Shown here: positions 8,316-16,502 of the stretch, piece by piece
Position numbering within the stretch: position 1 is the stretch's first letter
Layout of the letters: each line of letters opens with the position of its first letter
NCBI GenBank assembly: GCA_001800005.1
Contig: MGUL01000041.1
Location: 31,855 to 74,297, forward strand
DNA length: 42,443 bases
From: Elusimicrobia bacterium RBG_16_66_12
Lineage (GTDB): Bacteria; Elusimicrobiota; Elusimicrobia; UBA1565; UBA9628
Reading direction: 5' to 3'
Translations under genes and position numbers: made by a program
The notes under the pieces: model-generated
The model's database searches: none
Seen by the model: only the letters and a program-made list of their open reading frames with translations
What the model was told of the DNA's origin: nothing

Positions 8316-8544
8316 GAAGGCACCATCCCTTCACCAGCCTCCGGTTCTCGGCGGGTCGGCGATTCTATTAAGGCGTCGGGCTTTGCCCGTCCGCCTATTC
8401 AGGGCGCGCTTGCGGCCTACTCGCCAAGGCCGGACGTGAGTCCGGCGGGCGAGCGGGCGACTCTCTATGCGAGAGCCGGAGGGCTTTACCTCCGCTCTGA
8501 TCGGGCGAATGCCCAAGGCGTCGCGCCTGGAAAACGTTGGAGCG

Positions 8545-8961
8545 TCAGCTCATGGGCGAGGGCTCCGCAGCGGCTGGGACCTTAACAACGAGGCGGCGGA
8601 ATCGGCGCCCGCCCGCGTTCATCCGGGCGCTGACGGGTCGTCCCCGGCTGAAACGGATCTCGGCGAGACGACCCGAGCCGAGCTTGGCGCACAGCGCGCG
8701 CAGGGACTTCCAATGAGCGTCAAACGCGGGCTCGACCGCCGACGCTGCGGCGTCCGCGTCGCCGAAGACGAAGCTGCTCTGGATGCCTTCGCAGGCGACG
8801 ATGCAGCCCTCCACGACATGGACCCCGCTCATCGTGCAGTACGGGTATTCCGAAGCGATGAGCCTCAATACCCCCGACCACCGATCGTCTCCAGCCGCAA
8901 TCCCGGCGGCGACCATTTCCCACTGTGTACTGCGTCCTTCCAGTCTAAATGCGCGTTCCAT
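8545..8961 (-). CDS. Hypothetical protein (138 aa)
   Basis: ATG at 8961-8959 is preceded by GAGAGG. The N-terminal ~110 aa look protein-like (MERAFRLEGRSTQWEMVAAGIAAGDDRWSGVLRLIASEYPYC...). The competing plus-strand ORF 8467..9153 looks like noise. This is the last gene before the G+C drop. Confidence 0.45.
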   Translation of the reverse strand: MERAFRLEGRSTQWEMVAAGIAAGDDRWSGVLRLIASEYPYCTMSGVHVVEGCIVACEGIQSSFVFGDADAAASAVEPAFDAHWKSLRALCAKLGSGRLAEIRFSRGRPVSARMNAGGRRFRRLVVKVPAAAEPSPMS

Positions 8962-9049
8962 CGCTACCTCTCTGACCGTCGTTATTTCGGGTCAATAACG
9001 ATGCCAGCGGGTCAACGGCGAACACGGGCGAGGGGCAATATTGAGCCCT

Positions 9050-9221
9050 GCCGACCGAATCAACGACGCTCCCGAGGAGGGATATCTGAATTAGGCCGAC
9101 CCAATCCGCGGTCTTTCACGGTCAAGCCCAAATCCCATATCCATAGCAATTAGCTGGTTTTCGCACTATAATTCAAAATCATGCTATTGCGGTCTCCCGC
9201 ATTAGGCCGACCGAGCGAATC
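9050..9221. repeat. Three dispersed copies of a gccgacc(N)aatc-type motif, two embedded in an exact 12-mer attaggccgacc
   Basis: The copies are gccgaccgaatc at 9050-9061, gccgacccaatc at 9095-9106 and gccgaccgagcgaatc at 9206-9221. The exact repeat attaggccgacc occurs at 9090-9101 and 9201-9212. The repeats flank a perfect TATAAT. Confidence 0.5.
9144..9172 (+). promoter_or_regulatory. Candidate sigma-70-type promoter for the CoiA-like gene
   Basis: A perfect -10 TATAAT lies at 9167-9172. A weak -35 TAGCAA lies at 9144-9149 with a 17-nt spacer. The -10 is 77 nt upstream of ATG 9249. Hexamer match only. Confidence 0.3.
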
Positions 9222-9248
9222 CAGAGTTAGAAGCTTCAGGCTTTAGAG

Positions 9249-10124
9249 ATGCAAAAGAAACTCCTCTACACTGCTGCGTTGAACGCTCAAGGTGCGCTCA
9301 TAAGAGTAGCCGACGCCATAAAGGGAAGTGTTTTCACCTGTCCTGTCTGTAGCGAACGGCTCATTCTGAAGAAGAGCGAAAGGACAGGGAAAGGTACGCG
9401 GCGGCCGCACTTCTCTCATTTGCAATTGACGTCAAACTGCACACCCGAGGGCGTTCTTCACTACTCTTTCAAGAAGCTGCTGGTCGCCCACCTAGAAAAG
9501 CATCTGACGGAGAATCGCCCCCTTGAATTCGCTTGGGCATGCAGCGGCTGCAAATCAAAGATGTCTGGCAACCTTCTCCAGCATGCAGCAAAGGTCAAGG
9601 AAGAATTCGACTTATCGTCCTGTAGACCGGACATTGCACTTCTCGATCGAAATGAGAATGTGATTGCTGCCATCGAGGTAGTCGTTACTCACGCACCAGA
9701 GGAAACGGCAATTCACTTTTATAAGGAACGAGGTATCGTACTTTTGCAGATAAACCTGTCTTCCGATAACGATCTGAATGAAGTCGAAGCCAGGGTTAGT
9801 AGACCGGATTCGGTTGACTATTGCATGAACAGGGTCTGCTCTAGCTATAGTGCTTCAACAATCAAAAGAGCCGTTCAGGCGGCCCGCACATCTTGTGGAA
9901 GATGCCACTCGCCTCTCGAAAGTTACAGGGTATTGGTGAGAAGTCTATTCGGGGAACATTCTTCCCTCAGCTTCAGCAACGACGAGATTGATGCGGTGAA
10001 AGCAAGATCAAACAGGATAGCCGTCATTAAGGATTCGGGCACCCATGAACCGCGCCCTGTTTTCACATGCGAGAATTGCAAAAGATTGGCCTACATGTAT
10101 GGGAGACGTTCTCCTCGGCTTTGA
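9249..10124 (+). CDS. CoiA-like competence-family nuclease (zinc ribbon plus PD-(D/E)xK-like core)
   Basis: The N-terminus VFTCPVCSERLILKKSERTGKGTRRPHFSHL is the CoiA-type pattern (CPxC ... HFxH). The nuclease-like core is RPDIALLDRNENVIAAIEVVVTH. Extra Cys pairs are present (CSGC, CGRC, CENC). G+C is lower than in the flanks. Confidence 0.7.
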   Translation: MQKKLLYTAALNAQGALIRVADAIKGSVFTCPVCSERLILKKSERTGKGTRRPHFSHLQLTSNCTPEGVLHYSFKKLLVAHLEKHLTENRPLEFAWACSGCKSKMSGNLLQHAAKVKEEFDLSSCRPDIALLDRNENVIAAIEVVVTHAPEETAIHFYKERGIVLLQINLSSDNDLNEVEARVSRPDSVDYCMNRVCSSYSASTIKRAVQAARTSCGRCHSPLESYRVLVRSLFGEHSSLSFSNDEIDAVKARSNRIAVIKDSGTHEPRPVFTCENCKRLAYMYGRRSPRL

Positions 10125-10272
10125 TGGGACTGTACCTTCTAGATGATCGGACGTTCTAGTGCCATCTAACATCGGCTTGAACGGACGGGCGCCTCAATCA
10201 GGCTGAATACGGGGGAGTCGCCGCACTTCAGCCAAGCGTTAGCCGCATCCATCACAGTTCGGGAGAATAGCA

Positions 10273-10914
10273 ATGGCACTTCTTGTAGGGATAGCAGTCG
10301 GCGGCTGCGTAGCACTTGGCCTGCTCATTTTTTTCTCTATAACCCTAAATCGGCAGATGCTGGTAAAGCATCCGGACCGGAAGCCCTATGCCTGGGGGTA
10401 TTTTCTCGCACTGTTCACGATGACTGCCGGAGTCATTTCAATTATCTTGGGGCTCATAGACTACAGCCACGATGGCTGGGCTGTCTATACAGGCGTTGCT
10501 ACCATCTGGCTTGGCGCTCTGCTGTACAGGCGAAATCGCTGGGCGTGGTTTCTCTTTGTGCTCCTTCAGTTCAATCCTGGAGGATGGATTATTAACGGGA
10601 CGTACTTGTGGCGGCGCTGGAGTGAGATGGACGGAATGGATAAGGTGCCTGGCGGAAGCACCTCGACATCGCGTTCTGGGGGATTTATCTCTCCGACTCG
10701 GCTAACTGCCTGGTGGCGCAATCAAAGCGCACAAGTTCGCGGATGGATTTTTTTATCTGGGGTCTGGATAGCTCTAGTCTGGATAGTAGTGATGATTTTT
10801 GAGCCATTTGGATCGGAGCTGTATTCGGAGGAATACATCAAACTGATTTTCATCATGTCCGTTCCGCTTCTCGGTGGTGGAATCAAATTTACTTACGACC
10901 GAGTAGTTAAATGA
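10273..10914 (+). CDS. Polytopic membrane protein, unknown function
   Basis: ATG 10273 is preceded by GGGAGA. There are several hydrophobic helices (LLVGIAVGGCVALGLLIFF, YFLALFTMTAGVISIILGLI, WAVYTGVATIWLGALLY, WAWFLFVLLQF, IFLSGVWIALVWIVVMIF, LIFIMSVPLLGGGI). Confidence 0.7.
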   Translation: MALLVGIAVGGCVALGLLIFFSITLNRQMLVKHPDRKPYAWGYFLALFTMTAGVISIILGLIDYSHDGWAVYTGVATIWLGALLYRRNRWAWFLFVLLQFNPGGWIINGTYLWRRWSEMDGMDKVPGGSTSTSRSGGFISPTRLTAWWRNQSAQVRGWIFLSGVWIALVWIVVMIFEPFGSELYSEEYIKLIFIMSVPLLGGGIKFTYDRVVK

Positions 10915-11123
10915 ACGGCCAACATTGGGAACTACCAATATATTCGCACGTATTTCCGTGGGTCTCGAACAACTCGAGGCAAAATATCTCGAGCACTATC
11001 TCCAGATTAAGCCAAACGACTCTAAGGCGATGGAGAGATATTCCATCGTAAAGACGGCACTCAAGGGATCTGCAGCAAGCGCCGGGTTTGCGGACTAATC
11101 GCCCCGACCAGCTGCTCCAATAT

Positions 11124-11981
11124 ATGGGAAGCCACTATCTTCCACAACAATATCTAAGGGGATTTGAGGTGCCGAGCGATCCCGGCACGATATGGGTGTA
11201 TGACAAGAAGCTTAGCCGGTTCAAGCATCTCCCAATTAAAGTTGTTGCACAGGAACCGGGCTTCTATGATCCATCTACAGAGAAAGCTCTCAGCGAAAAC
11301 ATTGAAGGTCCCGCCAACACCGTATTGGCCGCGCTCAGAAAGGAGAAGTCCCTCGACCGAAACCACCGATTGAAATTGGCTCTATATATTTCCGCGATGA
11401 TAATGCGCGTTCCCCGGCGCAGGAGGAAGGCCCGCGAAATGGTGCCATCAGCTATACAAAGCACCGTTGATAGAACGCGGAATGCAGTGGAATCCTTGGC
11501 CCGGAGAAAAGGCACCGACAGACTACAAGTGCAGCGCATGTTGAATGAAATTGAACGTGTAAGGAAAATGTTCCAATTGGAACCACCCCCTAATCTAGTC
11601 CATCAAATTCGATCGCCATGGCCGAGTGAAAAAATGGTGCGCACGGTATACGACATGGTTTGGCGAATCGTCAGGGCTCCTGCTAATGCACAATTTCTCA
11701 CCGGAGACAACCCCGCATTTTTCTTTGAAGGCTTCGGCTTGGGTACACCTCGAGCGGAGCTGACATTCCCCATCGCTTCTGATCTTGCCCTGTTCGGATG
11801 TTGGCAAGGGCATAAGGCGGATCTAATTCACATTCAGGCACGACCCGTACTCGTCCGAGAGCTTAATCGTAGAGTTGCGTCAGGCTCGGAGCGCTTCGTT
11901 TTCTTCCACTCCGAACAAGCGTGGGTCGCGACCGTGGCCGACAAGCAGGATCCACATCTCAGCGAAATTCGATGGCAATAG
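11124..11981 (+). CDS. DUF4238 family protein
   Basis: I trimmed ORF 11088..11981, which opens at a TTG, to ATG 11124. The N-terminus is then MGSHYLPQQYLRGF, the hallmark HY(V/L)PQxYLxxF start of DUF4238 proteins. Confidence 0.7.
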   Translation: MGSHYLPQQYLRGFEVPSDPGTIWVYDKKLSRFKHLPIKVVAQEPGFYDPSTEKALSENIEGPANTVLAALRKEKSLDRNHRLKLALYISAMIMRVPRRRRKAREMVPSAIQSTVDRTRNAVESLARRKGTDRLQVQRMLNEIERVRKMFQLEPPPNLVHQIRSPWPSEKMVRTVYDMVWRIVRAPANAQFLTGDNPAFFFEGFGLGTPRAELTFPIASDLALFGCWQGHKADLIHIQARPVLVRELNRRVASGSERFVFFHSEQAWVATVADKQDPHLSEIRWQ

Positions 11982-12047
11982 CGCCGTCTTACCAAGCACT
12001 TGTGCCGACGCGCGCTTTCTTCGGCAGGTCTGAAATCGATTAGCTGA

Positions 12048-14654
12048 TCAGGTCCAGGGAGGTTCTTTGCCGACGATGCGCTTGATATAAGCCGTCTGCG
12101 GAAAGGACTCCGGGGCGTGGCCGGTCGCTAGGTAAAGCTCAGAGAAGCCGAGGACGTGTAGCTCTTCGGCGACGCCCATTCCGTGAACTCCGTCGCCGAG
12201 CTCGGAGTCAAGATAGATGGGGGTGTTCTTCGGCAGCTGTTCGGCGTTGGCGAGGAGTTCCTCGCGGCTCTTGAGCGATAAGAAGCGCAGGCCCCTGGAT
12301 TCCGCGGCGATCTCCCAGGCCATGTGCACCAAGAGGTCGTCGTCCAGAAGGACGGCATCCGGCGTCGCGGGCACAGCGATGGGAACGAAGCCCGCCAATC
12401 CCTTGGGGATCATTCGGGCCTTCAGCCGCAGGCATTCATCGAGGATGGCCTTCTCTTCAAACCGGCTCGTGACCAGGATCGTCTGGCTCCCCAGGCCGAA
12501 CTCGGCGATCAGCGCGAGCCCGGTCTGCGCGTGTCCCAGCAGTTCGTAGTCGGTCAAGTAGAGGGCTTTCCGGGAGGCGTCCGGGTTCCCGTTGCGCCAT
12601 GCGCGCAGCTCGTTCGGGCGCGAAAAATGAAGGACTACGACGCCCTTCTCTTCCAAGCGCAGCGCGTTAAAGCGGCTGCGCCATACCTGATGGATGCTCG
12701 CGTCGTCGTCTAGCACGGCCACGACGCCGCCGGGGAGGATATCCAGCTTGGCCACGAACCACGCCGGAGGCTTGGCGCGAGGCAGCCGCAAGGCCACCGT
12801 CGTCCCCCCTCCGGCCTCGGACGTGATCTCGAGCGACCCGCCCCATGCCACGGCGTTCGCCTTCGCTCGGTGGATGCCGAGCCCGTGCCCGCCGGGCTTC
12901 CCGTGCGTCACACCCCTTTCCCCCAGGCGCGCCAGCACCTCGGGAGGGACGCCTTTGCCGTCGTCTTGGATGAGGATCACCACTTCGCCGTCGCCGCCGC
13001 TCAAATCGATGGTGACGCGGCCCTTCTCGCCGACCGCCTCCACGGCGTTGTTGATGAGGTTCGAGAGGTCGCGCTTGAACTCGGCCGGGTTGATCCGCGC
13101 GAAGAGGCCGTAGGAGTCCGCTCCTTGGTTCGCCTCGATCTCGACGCCGATCATGGAGCGGAACTGGAGCCGCTTCTCGGTGAGCAAGGCGTCGATGTGG
13201 CTGGACAGCAGCTCGACAGCGGCCGAGTCGGCGGCCCCCGCGGCGATGGCTGCCTTGGCGCCCCGGTCTTTCTCGACGAGGCTGTTCGCGATGTCTCGGA
13301 TGCGGCCGATGGCGCTGCGCACCATGATCCTCCTCCCCTCCGCGAGCTGCGTGAGGTCCTTCTCCACGACAGCGAGCGCCGCCAAGGGCGACTTGATGTC
13401 GTGAGCGACCTGAGCGGCGAATGCCGAAATGGCGAGTTGGCGATCGAGGTCCTCCCTGAGAGTCTTGATGCGGGCGGCCAGACCCAGCGAGAGGAACAGC
13501 ATCTCCGCCGCCGAGCCCAGGTAGGGCCCGTTCGCCGTGACGAAGTTCTGCGGCAGCCACCCCAAGTCCCTTGCCGCGTGCGTGCCCGAGCCGATGAAGA
13601 AGCAGCTGAAGGCGACGAGATAGTAGACCGCGGGACGGGAGCCGAGCTGAGCGCAACGTGCCGAGACCGGGATGACGATTAGCGGCACGATCGAGATGAA
13701 GAGGCTCGTGAAGCGGTTGACGAAGAGGCCGTAGCTGAAGAGGCCGCCGATGATCAAAAAGAGCGCGCCCGCGATCACGACGTTGAGCCCCACGTCGAAC
13801 CGGGGCGTCAGGCGCTTGGTCTCGAGAAAGGACTTGGTGAAGAGCGCCAGGAACAGGTAGCTGATCCCGACGAGCACGGGCACGCTCACCTTGTTCCACG
13901 CCGGCCAATCGGGCCACAGGTATTGGTAGCTCATCCCGTTGAGCGACGTGAGCAGCAGGCAGAACGTCGCGGCGTAGACGACGTAGTAAAGGTAGTTGCG
14001 GTCTCGGAACGCGAACAGGAGGAAGAGGTTGTAAAGCGCCATCGCCAGGATGATGCCGACGTAGATCCCGACGGCTGTGCTCGTCCTGATGCTCTTTGTC
14101 ATCAGCGCCTCTTGAGTGGCGATGGACAAGGGAGCAAAGACCGTGCCGTTGCTCTCCACCATCAGATAGAGCTCCGTGCTGGCCCCCCCGGGAACGGCGA
14201 ACTCGAACAAGAAGTTGTGGTGGCCGATCGGGCGGCTGCTGAACGGCAGAAGGCGCCCCGTCTTGTAGCCGGCGACCTCTCGGCCTTCCAGATATTGGTA
14301 GAACTCGACCTTCTGGATCATCGGATAACCGAGTTCGAGCAGCCAATTGCCGGAGCGGGCGCCGCGGTTGGAGACAACGACCTTGAGCCAGCGGCGGGCG
14401 GGCGAATATCCGAAATTGAAGCGGCGGGTCGTGGACCAGGCATTGGCTTTTCCCTCAAGACGCCGGACCTGCTCGACGGAGAGCAGCCTCTCCTGGTCGA
14501 CGAGCATGCGGGCCTCGGTCACGGGATAGTAGGACCGGCCATCGGTCAACTCGAGCTGTGCCGGAGCCGGCGACGGGGTTGAGTGGGCGGTCGCGAGCGC
14601 GGGAGAGAGCGCGGCAAGCTGGACGACGAGGGCCAGTACGCCGCGGAGGCTCAT
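12048..14654 (-). CDS. Hybrid sensor histidine kinase: 7TMR-DISM extracellular domain, 7 TM helices, HisKA/HATPase core, two C-terminal receiver domains
   Basis: I trimmed ORF 12048..15248 to ATG 14654-14652 (MSLRGVLALVVQLAALSPALATA signal peptide). The upstream 198 codons are Arg-rich and overlap the methyltransferase gene. There are seven hydrophobic helices. The H-box is FAAQVAHDIKSPLAAL, the N-box LSNLINNAVEAV, G1 IQDDGKGVP and G2 GGHGLGIH. Two REC-like domains are present (VLDDD...YLTDYEL...LVTS...IPKG and LLDDD...IYLDSEL...LATG...VGKE). Confidence 0.9.
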   Translation of the reverse strand: MSLRGVLALVVQLAALSPALATAHSTPSPAPAQLELTDGRSYYPVTEARMLVDQERLLSVEQVRRLEGKANAWSTTRRFNFGYSPARRWLKVVVSNRGARSGNWLLELGYPMIQKVEFYQYLEGREVAGYKTGRLLPFSSRPIGHHNFLFEFAVPGGASTELYLMVESNGTVFAPLSIATQEALMTKSIRTSTAVGIYVGIILAMALYNLFLLFAFRDRNYLYYVVYAATFCLLLTSLNGMSYQYLWPDWPAWNKVSVPVLVGISYLFLALFTKSFLETKRLTPRFDVGLNVVIAGALFLIIGGLFSYGLFVNRFTSLFISIVPLIVIPVSARCAQLGSRPAVYYLVAFSCFFIGSGTHAARDLGWLPQNFVTANGPYLGSAAEMLFLSLGLAARIKTLREDLDRQLAISAFAAQVAHDIKSPLAALAVVEKDLTQLAEGRRIMVRSAIGRIRDIANSLVEKDRGAKAAIAAGAADSAAVELLSSHIDALLTEKRLQFRSMIGVEIEANQGADSYGLFARINPAEFKRDLSNLINNAVEAVGEKGRVTIDLSGGDGEVVILIQDDGKGVPPEVLARLGERGVTHGKPGGHGLGIHRAKANAVAWGGSLEITSEAGGGTTVALRLPRAKPPAWFVAKLDILPGGVVAVLDDDASIHQVWRSRFNALRLEEKGVVVLHFSRPNELRAWRNGNPDASRKALYLTDYELLGHAQTGLALIAEFGLGSQTILVTSRFEEKAILDECLRLKARMIPKGLAGFVPIAVPATPDAVLLDDDLLVHMAWEIAAESRGLRFLSLKSREELLANAEQLPKNTPIYLDSELGDGVHGMGVAEELHVLGFSELYLATGHAPESFPQTAYIKRIVGKEPPWT

Positions 14655-15394
14655 TTGCGCGCGATGAGGCCGACGCTCTCGCGGCCGTCGAGCTGGATGT
14701 CGGGCGGGAACTCGGGACGCGCGAAAGTCCCCAGCTTCTCGATCGTAAAGCCCGCCCCGCTGAAGACGCGCTTCAGCGTCGCCTCGTCGAGCAGGTGCAT
14801 CCGGCTCGGCAGGTTCCCGGCCCTTCCGGGATCGTGGGCGGCCACGTTTTCGACGATGCCGGGCCACAGGTCTCCCGCCTTGACTCGGGCCTCGTAGGTC
14901 GGGAAGAAGGCCTTGGCCGTTCCGATGAAGGGCGTCTCGCCCACGACGAAGACCTTCCCTCCGGGCGCGAGCCAGCTCATGACCTTTGCGGCCGCCCGCT
15001 CGATCGTGGGCCCGTCGAAGAAGTGCATGACGCGGCAGACGAGGACCGCGCCCAGGGTCCCGGGAGCGAACGTGATGCCGTCCGGGAAGCTCCCCGGCAT
15101 GAGCGTCAACCGCTCCCTGAGCCGCTCCAGCGCGCGGGCGCGCAGTATCTCCAGATGCCTCTCGTCGATGTCGTTGGCGATGACCTTCGCGCCGTTGCTC
15201 AGCGCGTTGAGGCTCGCCACGCCGTAGGCCGCGCCGACGTCCAGGCACGGCCCGGGCGCGCCCGGAGCGAAGTCGACGAAGGCCTGGGAGTAGGGGTCCA
15301 GGCCGGATGTCATGTAGCCCATATTGTTGAGCGTGCGGACGAAGCCGTTGGGCTCAGGCTTCGGCATTATATTCGGATTGTCGGATGGATTCAT
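14651..15394 (-). CDS. Class I SAM-dependent methyltransferase (small-molecule/protein type)
   Basis: Motif I is PCLDVGAAYGVASLNAL. It is followed by VIANDIDERH and APGGKVFVV. The gene is ATGA-coupled to the kinase gene (14651-14654). Confidence 0.85.
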   Translation of the reverse strand: MNPSDNPNIMPKPEPNGFVRTLNNMGYMTSGLDPYSQAFVDFAPGAPGPCLDVGAAYGVASLNALSNGAKVIANDIDERHLEILRARALERLRERLTLMPGSFPDGITFAPGTLGAVLVCRVMHFFDGPTIERAAAKVMSWLAPGGKVFVVGETPFIGTAKAFFPTYEARVKAGDLWPGIVENVAAHDPGRAGNLPSRMHLLDEATLKRVFSGAGFTIEKLGTFARPEFPPDIQLDGRESVGLIARK

Positions 15395-15398
15395 AATT

Positions 15399-16502
15399 TC
15401 AGGGCGCGGCGACCGTGATTATATTTCTTTGCATTGAACCGGGACGGTGAACGGCGACGCCTTGTCTTCGGTCCATGCTGCCCAGGCCGAGCTCCTTGCG
15501 GTACTGGGCCACGGAGCGGCGAGAGAGCCGAGCGCCCAGGCGGCGGGCGATCTCCCCCCGCAGCCGCTCGTCCGAGAACGTCGGATGGGACACGGCAACC
15601 TCGTCGAATCGGTCCAGGAGGAGACGCTTGGCGCTCGGCATCAGGACCTTCAGCGGCGCCTCGAAGCCCCATGGGAGGCGGATAGCCTTGTTCGAGACCA
15701 GGCGATTGAGGACGCTGGGCGAGACATCCAGCTGTTTGGCGACGGACAGCTGCGTCAGCGGCCGGCGCGTGGAAGGGTCGCCGGAGGTCAAGAATTCCTT
15801 CTGGAGAGCCAACAGCGCCTCCAGCACGCGATAAAGCGTGGATTTGCGCCGGTCCAGCAGTTCGAGCTGGCATACGAGCCTGTCCAGGCGCCTGGCCTCC
15901 GCGAGCGAAACGGACTGCCGAAGGCCGGCGAGCCTGGATCCGTCGAGACGATAGCGGCCTTTCCAGATCTCGCGGTTGAAGAAGGCGATGACCGGTCTCC
16001 CGCCGTCCAGTTCCACGCCGGCGACGGAACTGAAGACCTTGGCGGGGACGCCGGCCGCGGACGGCGTTTCGAGTTCCCCCTGGATGTAGACGCGATCTAC
16101 GAGCTCACGCAGCTGCCGGACCTCCTCGAGGGAGACGGCGCAAGCCTCGGCGCGGCGTTCATCGGGAAGGCTCGCGTCCCCGAGAAAGAACTCTTCGAAC
16201 CGGTCCTGGCCGATGCGCCGGATGAGGTCGACCAAGCTCGCCCGACCGTCGAGCAGCCCCGACAGACCCTCGCCGGACATGGACAGCTCGCGGCCGTCCG
16301 GCTTGCGCGCGGCGAAACGAGCGCCGTAGGGCTCGATCCTGACCGCCCGCGCCTCGAGCAGCCGGGGAAAGAGCGGGTTCGCCTCCAGTTGGCGGACGCG
16401 AGCCTCGAACTCGCGCTCGGGCATCTCGAGCAGCCGCGCGAGCTTCATTGCGCCGCCTAAGGAAGGCCGCGCCGCCGCCCGCGCGCCGAGGGCGGCGCTC
16501 AC
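15399..16502 (-). CDS. Sigma-54 (RpoN)-like protein with DNA-binding domain and RpoN box, but a short N-terminus
   Basis: The HTH region is RKSTLYRVLEALLALQKEFLTSGDPSTRRPLTQLSVAKQLDVSPSVLNRLVSNKAIRLPWG. The RpoN-box-like sequence is RLSRRSVAQYRKELGL. The N-terminus LARLLEMPEREFEARVRQLEANPLF resembles only the end of region I. Two starts are possible: GTG 16502 (GTGA overlap with the upstream stop) or ATG 16448. Confidence 0.65.
   Translation of the reverse strand: MSAALGARAAARPSLGGAMKLARLLEMPEREFEARVRQLEANPLFPRLLEARAVRIEPYGARFAARKPDGRELSMSGEGLSGLLDGRASLVDLIRRIGQDRFEEFFLGDASLPDERRAEACAVSLEEVRQLRELVDRVYIQGELETPSAAGVPAKVFSSVAGVELDGGRPVIAFFNREIWKGRYRLDGSRLAGLRQSVSLAEARRLDRLVCQLELLDRRKSTLYRVLEALLALQKEFLTSGDPSTRRPLTQLSVAKQLDVSPSVLNRLVSNKAIRLPWGFEAPLKVLMPSAKRLLLDRFDEVAVSHPTFSDERLRGEIARRLGARLSRRSVAQYRKELGLGSMDRRQGVAVHRPGSMQRNIITVAAP

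Noticed and set aside
10925-11098. Small unlisted plus-strand ORF between the membrane protein gene and the DUF4238 gene (...EQLEAKYLEHYLQIKPNDSKAMERYSIVKTALKGSAASAGFAD)
   Set aside because: It is only ~57 codons, and only if a TTG start is used. The sole ATG leaves 22 codons. It has no ribosome-binding site. It could be a gene remnant or micro-protein, but the evidence is too thin to annotate.
14655-15248. 198-codon N-terminal extension of the histidine kinase ORF (track start 15248)
   Set aside because: The extension is Arg-rich and completely overlaps the SAM methyltransferase gene in another frame. ATG 14654 gives a signal peptide and forms an ATGA overlap with the methyltransferase stop.
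15447-16460. 337-aa plus-strand ORF antisense to the sigma-54-like gene; also 12667..14346 (-), 12870..13682 (+) and 13923..14582 (+) inside the kinase gene
   Set aside because: These are shadow or alternative-frame ORFs rich in Arg/Gly/Asp with no motifs. The annotated frames carry complete, ordered domain signatures.
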